This document shows, one piece after another, positions 34,831 through 43,262 of a stretch of 64,000 nt of DNA. The stretch covers positions 23 to 64,022 of the forward strand of contig NZ_DATJDZ010000016.1 of assembly GCF_035497195.1 (NCBI RefSeq), given 5' to 3'. Position 1 is the first letter of the stretch. Each line of letters starts with the position of its first letter. Position numbers and translations under genes: made by a program. The stretch comes from Asticcacaulis sp. (GTDB taxonomy: Bacteria; Pseudomonadota; Alphaproteobacteria; Caulobacterales; Caulobacteraceae). Under the pieces are notes generated by a model, which saw nothing but the letters and a program-made list of their open reading frames with translations, did not search any database and was not told the origin of the DNA.

Positions 34831-35753
34831 TGCGCGACCTTTTTGGGGACGGCCTTGCGCGTGGTTTTACGTTTGGTGACGAGCACTTTCAGGTGCCGGA
34901 CAATATCCTGGGCGTCGTCCGGATGGGCATAAGGCACCTCATTGAGCCGGATGAGCGCATCGAGGTGCACGTCAACCACCTCCGGATCGGCGTGATCGCC
35001 AAACAACCGCATATAGTCGTTGAGGGATTGCGCCGCCAGTTCAACCAGCCGCAGGCGGAATGTATGCGCCTCGGCATGGCTCTGCATCAGATCCAGAACC
35101 GTCTGATTAACCGCTTCGACATCGGTTTTTTTGGCGGTTTTATGAGCGGTTTTTTGGCCCGCATGACTTATCAGGCCGCGCAGGGTATTCAGCCCTGTGT
35201 CGATCGGATTCGGCTTGCCATTGCTTTCAGGCCGCCGCAGCAGTCCCGGAAACAGTTGCGCCTTGCGGCGGCGGCGCTCCGAAACGACAGCCTCCGCCAC
35301 CGGTTGACGCTTTTGGGTCAGGGCGGACGAAATGGCCCGCAGCAGGGATGTGGTCGAGAATGGTTTGACGACGAATTCGTTGATGCCCGCGTCACGCGCC
35401 CGCGTCACATCATCAGCGCGCTGGCGCGCCGTCAGCATGACGATCGGCAAGGCGGGATCGGGAATGCGTCCATCCGGTTTAAGCGCCGCCCCACGGATCA
35501 GGGTCACCAGTTCCAGCCCCGACATGCCCGGCAGGTTCCAGTCCAGCAACATGAGGTCGGGCGCCTGGTTTTGCAGGTGTTCCAGGGCCTCTTCGGCGTT
35601 TCGGGCGAAGCTCAGACTGGTGAAGCCGGCGGCGCGCAGCAACTCCACCACCAGGCGGCGCGAGGCGTCATTATCCTCAACGATCAGCAGACTGACCGCC
35701 GTGCAGTTGACCTTTCGCAACAGGCGCTGGGTCTGTGAATGAAGCATGTTCAT
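34827..35753 (-). CDS. Response-regulator receiver protein with an unrecognised ~170-aa C-terminal domain
   Basis: 308 aa. Receiver motifs LLIVEDNDASRRL, phospho-acceptor LMLLDWNLPGMSG, MLTA, VVKPF. These are followed by an Arg-rich linker (SERRRRKAQLFPGLLRRP), a helical acidic/His-rich domain and a basic tail. Confidence 0.8.
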   Translation of the reverse strand: MNMLHSQTQRLLRKVNCTAVSLLIVEDNDASRRLVVELLRAAGFTSLSFARNAEEALEHLQNQAPDLMLLDWNLPGMSGLELVTLIRGAALKPDGRIPDPALPIVMLTARQRADDVTRARDAGINEFVVKPFSTTSLLRAISSALTQKRQPVAEAVVSERRRRKAQLFPGLLRRPESNGKPNPIDTGLNTLRGLISHAGQKTAHKTAKKTDVEAVNQTVLDLMQSHAEAHTFRLRLVELAAQSLNDYMRLFGDHADPEVVDVHLDALIRLNEVPYAHPDDAQDIVRHLKVLVTKRKTTRKAVPKKVAQ

Positions 35754-35807
35754 AGGGTTGAAATTCGTCCGTTGCCCGTCACCATCCCGCAGAATACCGC
35801 AAATCCC

Positions 35808-35853
35808 TTAATTCCGTGTTGACTTATATCTTTGAATTTATGGGAATTTATGG
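35808..35853. promoter_or_regulatory. AT-rich divergent control region: CtrA-like box plus a perfect tandem 10-mer
   Basis: TTAA-ttccgtg-TTGAC at 35808-35823 (one mismatch to TTAA-N7-TTAAC). gaatttatgg gaatttatgg at 35834-35853. The local AT content is far above the window average. Confidence 0.4.
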
Positions 35854-35913
35854 TTACCTTTTATTTACTCCAAATAAACCAGGCCTTAACGCCGGGGGGC
35901 TATACTGACAGGC

Positions 35914-36309
35914 ATGATCCGCAGACAGTTCCTCGCCCTTACCGTCGTTGCCAGCCTTATCGCACCGGCCGCCACCGCTTCCGAACCCAAGAAAAAGGGC
36001 GGTGGCGAAGGCTATACGCAGTTCAACACGATCAATGTATTTACCGAAGCCAGCCGGCGCCGCCACGGTACGCTCAGCGTCGATATGGGCCTCTACAGCG
36101 ATGACGCGAAGCTGGTCGAGCAGATCAGGCTATATCAGCCGCGTTTGCAGGATGCCTATGTCGCGCGGTTACAGGCCTATGCCGGCAGCCTCAATTCGAG
36201 CGCCCTGGTCAATGCGGACTTCATCGTCATGCAACTCCAGACCGCCACGGATGCGATCCTTGGCCGCAAGGGTGCAAAGGTTCTGCTCGGCACGGTTTTA
36301 TTGAACTGA
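35914..36309 (+). CDS. Exported small protein with FliL-like architecture
   Basis: 131 aa. Tat/Sec-like leader MIRRQFLALTVVASLIAPAATA, a Lys/Gly patch, then a layout resembling the FliL C-terminal domain (Y..F..I.V......R...L.V...L......LVE.I....PRLQD... and the ending VLLGTVLLN). The assignment is by eye only. Confidence 0.35.
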   Translation: MIRRQFLALTVVASLIAPAATASEPKKKGGGEGYTQFNTINVFTEASRRRHGTLSVDMGLYSDDAKLVEQIRLYQPRLQDAYVARLQAYAGSLNSSALVNADFIVMQLQTATDAILGRKGAKVLLGTVLLN

Positions 36310-36420
36310 CCGGGATCGCCGGATGATCTTTTTTTTGCATTTGCGCACCCTTGCGAAACCGGCCATAGTTTTGCGGTATTCCCTTGAGAATATACCATAC
36401 TGATTGAGGAGACCGCGGAC

Positions 36421-36768
36421 ATGAGCACGCCCTCACCCTTTGAAAACGGCCTGCGCCTGATGGCCGATCAGCAGCAGCGCGCCGCGCGCAGCCTGATCAA
36501 CCTGATCGAGATGATCAGCACCACCTCACACCGTTATGCCGAAGATACCGCCGCCTTCACCCAGGAAGCGATCACCCTGATGAACGAGGCCTCCAGAAAG
36601 CGCGATCCGGCATCGGTCGCCGAACTGCAAAAGAAATGGGCCGCCACCTGCCTGAAATACGGCCAGGACCAGACCAAGGCGACCATGACCTTCGTCGAAC
36701 AATGCGGCAAGCAGGCGCTCAATGTCGCCTCCCATGCCCAGGACTCCTCCCCCAAATCCAAGGAATAA
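36421..36768 (+). CDS. Phasin family protein (PHA granule-associated)
   Basis: 115 aa, all-helical, phasin_2-like (FENGLRLMADQQQRAARSLINLIE...). Sits immediately upstream of 3-hydroxybutyrate dehydrogenase. Confidence 0.6.
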   Translation: MSTPSPFENGLRLMADQQQRAARSLINLIEMISTTSHRYAEDTAAFTQEAITLMNEASRKRDPASVAELQKKWAATCLKYGQDQTKATMTFVEQCGKQALNVASHAQDSSPKSKE

Positions 36769-36772
36769 ACTC

Positions 36773-37558
36773 ATGTCATTATCTGGCAAAACCGCGCTCA
36801 TCACAGGCTCCACGAGCGGTATCGGATTAGCCATAGCGACAGGGCTGGCGGCGCAGGGGGCGAACATCATGCTCAACGGTTTCGGCGACGCTGGCGAGAT
36901 CGAGAAAGTCCGCGCCGGACTGGCCGCCGATCACGGCGTCGAGGTGCGCTTTAACGGCGCCGACCTGACCAAGGCGGACCAGATTGCCACCCTGATCAAG
37001 GAGATCGACGTCACGCTCGGCGGGGTCGATATCCTCGTCAACAATGCCGGCATCCAGTTCGTGTCGCCGATCGAGGACTTCCCGCCGGAAAAGTGGGACG
37101 CCATTATCGGCCTCAACCTGACCGCCAGCTTCCACACCACGCGCCTGACCTTTCCCGGCATGAAGGCGAAGAAATGGGGCCGCATCGTCAATATCGCCTC
37201 GGCTCATGCCCTGGTCGCCTCGCCGTTCAAGTCGGCCTATGTCGCCGCCAAGCACGGCCTGCTCGGCTTCACCAAAACCATCGCCCTGGAAGGCGCGGCC
37301 TTCGGTATTACGGCCAACGCCATCTGCCCCGGCTATGTCCATACGCCGCTGGTCGACAAACAGATCCCCGACACCATGAAGGCGCGCAACATGACGCGTG
37401 AACAGGTGATCAAGGAGGTCATCCTGGCCGCCCAGCCGACCGGCGAGTTCGTTTCGGTCGAGGACATCACCGCGCTGGCCGTCTTCCTGTGCTCGGACGC
37501 CGGCAAGGCGATCAACGGCGCCCCCCTCAGCATCGATGGCGGCTGGGTGGCGCAGTAG
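36773..37558 (+). CDS. bdhA: 3-hydroxybutyrate dehydrogenase (SDR family)
   Basis: MSLSGKTALITGSTSGIGLAIA cofactor motif, NNAGIQ, and the catalytic S...YVAAKHG. The track ORF start 36722 overlaps the phasin gene; I prefer ATG 36773. Confidence 0.82.
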   Translation: MSLSGKTALITGSTSGIGLAIATGLAAQGANIMLNGFGDAGEIEKVRAGLAADHGVEVRFNGADLTKADQIATLIKEIDVTLGGVDILVNNAGIQFVSPIEDFPPEKWDAIIGLNLTASFHTTRLTFPGMKAKKWGRIVNIASAHALVASPFKSAYVAAKHGLLGFTKTIALEGAAFGITANAICPGYVHTPLVDKQIPDTMKARNMTREQVIKEVILAAQPTGEFVSVEDITALAVFLCSDAGKAINGAPLSIDGGWVAQ

Positions 37559-37713
37559 AAGGGGCACAGCCCCTGCCTCCGATAATATGATGGCGTTTTC
37601 GAACTCCGGCCAATCCTTACAACTTTTTTATGAATAACAGGCTCCACCCACAGCGCTTCCATATTCTCCCTCCGCCATAGTCCATCACGTCTTGGTGAGA
37701 AGGAATCACAATC

Positions 37714-37932
37714 ATGCGCAATACGTTTAAATTCATCGCTATCGCTGCCGTGGCCGCTGCTTCGCTGTCGGTCGCCGCCTGCTCGAAGCCGGCAGATACA
37801 TCGACCACGACTGAAACCTCGACCGAGGTGACGTCGCCGGCCGTTGACGCCATGGCCCCGATGTCGGAAGCCCCGGCTTCGGACGCCGCCGTTTCGACGA
37901 CGACCACGACGACGACGTCTTCGTCCTCGTAA
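37714..37932 (+). CDS. Small lipoprotein with Thr/Ser-rich low-complexity body
   Basis: 72 aa. Lipobox LSVAAC. Mature part PADTSTTTETSTEV...VSTTTTTTTSSSS. GGA RBS region. Confidence 0.55.
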   Translation: MRNTFKFIAIAAVAAASLSVAACSKPADTSTTTETSTEVTSPAVDAMAPMSEAPASDAAVSTTTTTTTSSSS

Positions 37933-37949
37933 GCCGAACGAACCTACAC

Positions 37950-37992
37950 AAAAAAGCCCCTCGCACCCGTCATGGCGCGAGGGGCTTTTTTT
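37950..37992. terminator. Bidirectional rho-independent terminator
   Basis: 11-bp stem aagcccctcgc / gcgaggggctt, 10-nt loop, with A6 upstream and T9 downstream. It sits between the convergent lipoprotein and ABC genes. Confidence 0.85.
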
Positions 37993-38009
37993 GCGCCTTG
38001 ATGTTCGCC

Positions 38010-39890
38010 TTATTCGACCTCGGCAGCGACCTTGGCAAGCGTTTCGCGGGCGGCGTCGGCGGCGCGCTGGCGTTCCCACATTGAATGATAGAGGCCGTTC
38101 AGCTTCATCAGGTCGGCGTGTTTGCCTCGCTCGGCGATAACACCATCTTTCAGCACCAGAATCTCATCGGCGCCGACCACGGTGGATAACCTGTGGGCGA
38201 TCACCAGAGTCGTGCGATTTTTCGAGACATCATCGAGCGACGCCTGGATTTCGCGCTCGGTATGGGTATCGAGCGCAGAAGTGGCCTCATCGAGGATCAG
38301 GATCGGCGGCGCTTTCAGCAGGGTGCGGGCGATGGCGACACGCTGCTTTTCACCACCGGAGAGCTTGAGGCCGCGCTCACCGACCTCGGTGTCGTAGCCC
38401 TTCGGCAGGGTGGCGATAAAGCCGGCGATCTGCGCCGATTCAGCCGCTTCCTCGACCTGCTCGCGTGACGCGCCGAACTGACCGTAGCCGATATTGTAGG
38501 CGATGGTGTCGTTGAACAGCACCGTATCCTGCGGCACCATACCGATCGCCTTGCGCACGCTTGCCTGGGTGACCGTGCGCACGTCCTGACCATCAATCTC
38601 GATGGCGCCGCTGGTGACATCATAGAAGCGATACAGCAGCCGTGACAGGGTGGACTTGCCGGCGCCCGAAGGCCCGACCACGGCCACCGTCTTGCCGGCC
38701 GGCACCTCGAAGGTGACACCTTTCAGGATCTGGCGGTCCGGATCGTAGGAGAAGTGCACGTCCTTGAAGGCGATGGCGCCGTCGCTCACCACCAGTTCGG
38801 TGGCATCCGGCGCGTCGATCACTTCGGCCGGCTCGTCGAGCAGCTTGAACATCGCTTCCATGTCGATAAGGCCGGTCGAGATTTCACGGTACAATGTGCC
38901 GATGAAGTTGAGCGGAATCGAAAGCTGGATCATGAAGGCGTTGATCATGACGAAATGGCCGACTGTCTGGCGGCCGGTCGTCACTTCCCAGGCCGACATC
39001 AGCATCACGATGGCCATGCCGATGGTGAAGATCACCGCCTGGCCGAGGTTGAGCCAAGCCAGCGAGGTATAGGTCTTGATCGCCGCTTTTTCGTATTGCG
39101 CCGTCGCCACATTGTAGCGGTCGGCTTCCTGCTGCTCATTATTGAAATATTTGACGGTCTCGAAATTGAGCAGCGAATCGATCGCCTTCGACATCGAATC
39201 CGTATCGGCCTCGTTCATATCGCGGCGGATGGCGATGCGCCAGTTCGAGGCCACGATGGAGAACCAGACATAGACGACGACCGTGACGGCGACCACGACG
39301 ACGTACCAGATATTGAACTGGCAGATAAGGATGATCGAGGTCAGGATGAACTCGATCAGGGTCGGGATGCCGACCATCATGGTCAGGCGGATAATGGTTT
39401 CGATGCCCGACTTGCCGCGTTCCATGACCCGCGACAGGCCGCCGGTGCGGCGCTGAAGATGGAAGCGCAAGGACAGATGATGCAGGTGGGCGAAGGTGCG
39501 GTTGGCCAGGCCGCGCACGGCGTGCTGGCCGACGGCGGCGAATTGGGCGTCGCGCACCTGGTTGAAAACGTTCGAGAAAAGCCGCGCCACATTATAGGCG
39601 ATCACCATGATGATTGGGGCCGCGATCATCAGCGTCCAGAAGCCCGGCGGGCCGGCATGAACCGACATGGCGCCTGGCGTTAACGCATTGACCGCCCACT
39701 TGTAGGTGAACGGGATAATGACCGTCACCCCTTTGCCGAGAAGCATACACAGAAGCGCGAAAACGACCTGAAGTTTCAGATCGGCCCGGTCGGCAGGCCA
39801 GAGGTAGGGCTTGAGGAAGGCCAGGGTTTCGGAAAACTTGCCCTGGGACTTCGGCATCGGCGTATTTTGCAAATTGGGAGGCGGACTCAT
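38010..39890 (-). CDS. Atm1/HMT1-type ABC exporter (fused TMD-NBD half transporter)
   Basis: 626 aa. N-terminal FLKPYLWP motif, six TM helices, Walker A GPSGAGKST, signature LSGGEKQRVAIARTL, Walker B ILILDEATSALD. Confidence 0.85.
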   Translation of the reverse strand: MSPPPNLQNTPMPKSQGKFSETLAFLKPYLWPADRADLKLQVVFALLCMLLGKGVTVIIPFTYKWAVNALTPGAMSVHAGPPGFWTLMIAAPIIMVIAYNVARLFSNVFNQVRDAQFAAVGQHAVRGLANRTFAHLHHLSLRFHLQRRTGGLSRVMERGKSGIETIIRLTMMVGIPTLIEFILTSIILICQFNIWYVVVVAVTVVVYVWFSIVASNWRIAIRRDMNEADTDSMSKAIDSLLNFETVKYFNNEQQEADRYNVATAQYEKAAIKTYTSLAWLNLGQAVIFTIGMAIVMLMSAWEVTTGRQTVGHFVMINAFMIQLSIPLNFIGTLYREISTGLIDMEAMFKLLDEPAEVIDAPDATELVVSDGAIAFKDVHFSYDPDRQILKGVTFEVPAGKTVAVVGPSGAGKSTLSRLLYRFYDVTSGAIEIDGQDVRTVTQASVRKAIGMVPQDTVLFNDTIAYNIGYGQFGASREQVEEAAESAQIAGFIATLPKGYDTEVGERGLKLSGGEKQRVAIARTLLKAPPILILDEATSALDTHTEREIQASLDDVSKNRTTLVIAHRLSTVVGADEILVLKDGVIAERGKHADLMKLNGLYHSMWERQRAADAARETLAKVAAEVE

Positions 39891-39987
39891 CAGGCGGTCG
39901 CTTTCGACTGGCTCAGAACGGGCATGGAGGTTACCGGCCTATATAGGCCGCGCCTTCCGCTTCGCCAATCGATCAAGACTATTTATT

Positions 39988-40665
39988 TTATGCGGGATCG
40001 CAGCCATCGATGCCGCAGGCGTCGCCTGCGATGACCGGATTTTTTGCGGCTTCCGCGGCGGCGGCCTGAAAGGTCTGGACGAAAGCCGCGACCGGTTGCG
40101 CGCCGGAAACGGCATATTTGCCATCGACCACCACGAACGGTACCCCGCACACGCCGATAGATTGCGCCTGACGCTGGTCGAGCGCGATCTGCATATCGAT
40201 CTCTGACGAGGTAAAGGCGGCGTCGATATCGGTCGCGGTCAGGCCGATTTCGGCGCCGATCTCGTGCAGCACGGCGCGGTCGAAGATATTGCGGCCATCG
40301 GTGAAATAGGTGCGATAGAGATGCTCGATGGCCTCGGCCTGTTTGCCCTTGCCAGCCGCCAGCGCAATCAGGCGATGGGCGTCTGTGGTATCGCCGGCCA
40401 GGGTGCCCAACAGATGAAATTCCAGACCGGCCTCCGCCGCGCGGGCTTCAAGGCTGGCCTGATTGGCCGTCACCTGCTGCGTCGTCAGGCCATATTTGCG
40501 GCTCAACATCTGATCGGTCGGGATCACCGGCTCGCCCGGTGACAGACGAAAGGCGCGGTGCACGATGTCCGCCTCACCGCCGATCTGCGCCAGCGCCTGT
40601 TCGAGATTCGCCTTGCCGATATAGCAGAACGGACAGATGACATCGGACCAGATTTCGATTTTCAC
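39988..40665 (-). CDS. DsbA-family thiol oxidoreductase (FrnE-like)
   Basis: 225 aa. N-terminal IEIWSDVICPFCYIGK with the CPFC active site, and GVPFVVVDGKY near the C-terminus. Confidence 0.82.
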   Translation of the reverse strand: MKIEIWSDVICPFCYIGKANLEQALAQIGGEADIVHRAFRLSPGEPVIPTDQMLSRKYGLTTQQVTANQASLEARAAEAGLEFHLLGTLAGDTTDAHRLIALAAGKGKQAEAIEHLYRTYFTDGRNIFDRAVLHEIGAEIGLTATDIDAAFTSSEIDMQIALDQRQAQSIGVCGVPFVVVDGKYAVSGAQPVAAFVQTFQAAAAEAAKNPVIAGDACGIDGCDPA

Positions 40666-40728
40666 GGCAGGTGCTCCTCAATTTTTGCGCCTACTGTATG
40701 TAGTCAGGTTACAGTTTGATGCAAGGGG

Positions 40729-41295
40729 CTAACCTGCGGCTTTAACCCGACAGCCGTAGGCCTCCGCATATGGCTTATCAAAGCAGGCGATCAGGCCGTC
40801 CACGATCTCCAGATTTAACGGCCACAAGATCGTCTCACCATTTGCTTTGAGTTCCGCTACCGCCTCATCCCACCCGTCGGGCTTGGGTTCTGCAATCAAT
40901 TGCGCCCGCGCGGCCAGCAAAGCTGCCTTGTCATGCCGAAGAAAAGCGACGGTGGCAGCGGCATAGTCACGCATTGCCGGATCTGGATTATCGACCGACA
41001 GCAGCGGGATGGCGCCTTCATAATCGCCGAAGGCAGCCCGCATCTGACCTTCGTGCCAACTCAGGCCTCGCATATTATCGGCGGACAAGTCGGGGTGTGC
41101 GCCGCGATAATCCCGGATCAGATCGGCGGCCGCCAACTTACAATCGTCTATGGCCGCGAGCGAACGCCAACCTTCATGATCGAACGCCTTGTAATCCAGA
41201 GCCAGCAACTGCGCATGATTATAGGAACAATCGGCAGCCTGCACAGCGGGCGGCATAACCAGAAACCCCAAAACTGCAAGAACAGCTTTCAACAT
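40729..41295 (-). CDS. Exported hypothetical protein
   Basis: 188 aa. Signal peptide MLKAVLAVLGFLVMPPAVQA. Four Cys. No recognised motif. Confidence 0.5.
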   Translation of the reverse strand: MLKAVLAVLGFLVMPPAVQAADCSYNHAQLLALDYKAFDHEGWRSLAAIDDCKLAAADLIRDYRGAHPDLSADNMRGLSWHEGQMRAAFGDYEGAIPLLSVDNPDPAMRDYAAATVAFLRHDKAALLAARAQLIAEPKPDGWDEAVAELKANGETILWPLNLEIVDGLIACFDKPYAEAYGCRVKAAG

Positions 41296-41346
41296 GATAA
41301 CCCCCTCCCCGCGCAGCTAACCGAAAGGTTGTGACGGGATTATGGC

Positions 41347-43236
41347 TCAGAGCGGCTCATCCCGCATCCGGTCCCACCAGGTGAACTTCATCACCACCGA
41401 ACACACCACCACCAATCCCAGCGACAACCAGAACCGGTCCATTTCACGGATGATCAGGAAAATCGCCGAAGCCGTGATCGCCGTCTGCCACAGCACGCCG
41501 ATAATCGAATTGAACATATCGCGGGCAAAGTCCCTGTTCGGTTGCGCGTTCGGTTCATCTTCACGCAAGGCCTGCAAAACCGGTCCCCAGAAACCCCACG
41601 GCCGGGTCTTTTTGTAGAAGGCTTTCAGCACGGTCATGTCGGTCGGTTTGGTCAGGTACGACCCGGCGACCGCCACCGCCGTGCAGGCCGCGAACAGCCA
41701 CGGAAAAGCCGCCAGGGCGTCGATGGCATGACCGTTCGGGTCCTTGTAAACCACCATCCACATCGCCACCGCCACGCCGAGGGTCATGGAGGCCGCATAG
41801 CCCGCGCCATTCAGCCGCCACCAATACCATTTGATGACATTGGCGACCGTGTAGCCGCCGTAAAGCCCGGTGGTGATCCAGCCAACGATATCGTTGATCG
41901 AGGTCAGTTGCCAGCCAATGAAAGCGCCCAGCACCGCGAAGGTCAGCGACGTGGCGTAGGACAAATGAACCAGTGTCTTTTCCGGCGCATCGGGCCGGAT
42001 GTACTTCTTGTAGATGTCATTGACCACATAGGCCGGCGCGGCATTGAGCGAGGCCGAATAGGTCGCCATGAAGGCCGACAGCATCCCCGCCAGCGCCAGC
42101 CCCATCAGCCCGGCCGGCATATAGTTGCGGATCACCCACGGCAGGACGGAATCGATATCGCCGGCATAGGCCTGGCCGGAGGCGACGGCGGCGGCTTCGA
42201 GATGTGTCCATTGTGGTCCGATGAAACACAAGGCCAGCACCGCCATGCCGGCGATCATCAGATAACGCGGAAATAGCAGAGCGATATTGACGAAGCCGGA
42301 AATCTTGGCCGCCTCGGTGGGCGATTTCGCCGACAGCAGGCGCTGCATATCGTAGTTCGGCGCCGGTCCGGCCATCGCCTTGAACAGGCCCTGGAAGGTC
42401 ATCAGAATGAAGAAGATGCCAAACGCCGAATGGCCTTCATTGGTGATGACGGAGATCGCCGTCGTCGCCACCACCTTGTTTTCCGGTTTGGCGGTCTGCG
42501 CCACACCGGTCCAGTCGAGATTGAGGTGCCAGCCGAAAAAGATATCGTGCCAGCCGGCCGGCACCACGGCCGCGATCATCTCCGGCGTCACCAGGGTCAT
42601 GGCGACCCAGGCGATGGCGAAACAGACCACAAGCTTGATGAAGAACTGCAATATCTCGGTCATCACCACCGAATACATGCCGCCCTTGACCGAATAGATG
42701 GTGGTCAGCGCCACGACGATCAGGCCGTAGATCTTGTCGTTGACCATAGGATCGGCCACGAACTGATAGGGGATAAATTCAGCCGCCAGCTTGCCGATGC
42801 CGAGGAAGCCAAAGGCCAGCATCCCCACCACATTGATCAGCGCGAATATCACATTGATCAGGTGCGAGGCCCGCGCGCCGGCATCCTCGCCGAAGCGAAA
42901 ACTGATCCATTCGGCGCCGGTCAGCTTACCCGATCGGCGCAGCCATATGGCGAGGAAGGCCATCAGGAAAATCTGGTTGAACACTGGCCACAGCCACGGA
43001 ATGAACACCGATTTCAGGCCGTAGACGACCAGCAGCCCGACCATCCACATGGTACCGGCCACATCGAACATGCCCGACGCATTGGAAAGCCCCAGCACCC
43101 ACCACGGCAGCTTGTTTCCGGCCAGGAAATAGCTTTGCAGGCTGCCTGAAGACAGTTTCGCCACCCAGAATCCAAGGCCTATAGTCAGCAATATATAGCC
43201 CGCGACAATCGCCAGATCGATGGGTTGTAAATTCAT
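41347..43236 (-). CDS. Sodium:solute symporter family (SSF) transporter
   Basis: 629 aa, about 14 TM helices. SSF-type opening (DLAIVAGYILLTIGLGFWVAK...YFLAGNKLPWWVLGLS). Confidence 0.8.
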   Translation of the reverse strand: MNLQPIDLAIVAGYILLTIGLGFWVAKLSSGSLQSYFLAGNKLPWWVLGLSNASGMFDVAGTMWMVGLLVVYGLKSVFIPWLWPVFNQIFLMAFLAIWLRRSGKLTGAEWISFRFGEDAGARASHLINVIFALINVVGMLAFGFLGIGKLAAEFIPYQFVADPMVNDKIYGLIVVALTTIYSVKGGMYSVVMTEILQFFIKLVVCFAIAWVAMTLVTPEMIAAVVPAGWHDIFFGWHLNLDWTGVAQTAKPENKVVATTAISVITNEGHSAFGIFFILMTFQGLFKAMAGPAPNYDMQRLLSAKSPTEAAKISGFVNIALLFPRYLMIAGMAVLALCFIGPQWTHLEAAAVASGQAYAGDIDSVLPWVIRNYMPAGLMGLALAGMLSAFMATYSASLNAAPAYVVNDIYKKYIRPDAPEKTLVHLSYATSLTFAVLGAFIGWQLTSINDIVGWITTGLYGGYTVANVIKWYWWRLNGAGYAASMTLGVAVAMWMVVYKDPNGHAIDALAAFPWLFAACTAVAVAGSYLTKPTDMTVLKAFYKKTRPWGFWGPVLQALREDEPNAQPNRDFARDMFNSIIGVLWQTAITASAIFLIIREMDRFWLSLGLVVVCSVVMKFTWWDRMRDEPL

Positions 43237-43262
43237 GTTTCCTGCCCCTGTTCGGGTTATTG

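Noticed and set aside
36310-36420. PhaR operator upstream of the phasin gene (TGC-rich tgcatttgcgcacccttgcg)
   Set aside because: It is only a loose resemblance to TGC-rich PhaR sites. There is no clear repeat symmetry, so it is too weak to call without a comparative alignment.
37333-38079. 248-aa Arg-rich minus-strand ORF across the lipoprotein gene and terminator
   Set aside because: Its composition is extremely R/G-rich and low in complexity. It spans a strong bidirectional terminator and lies antisense to a lipobox-containing ORF. I regard it as spurious.
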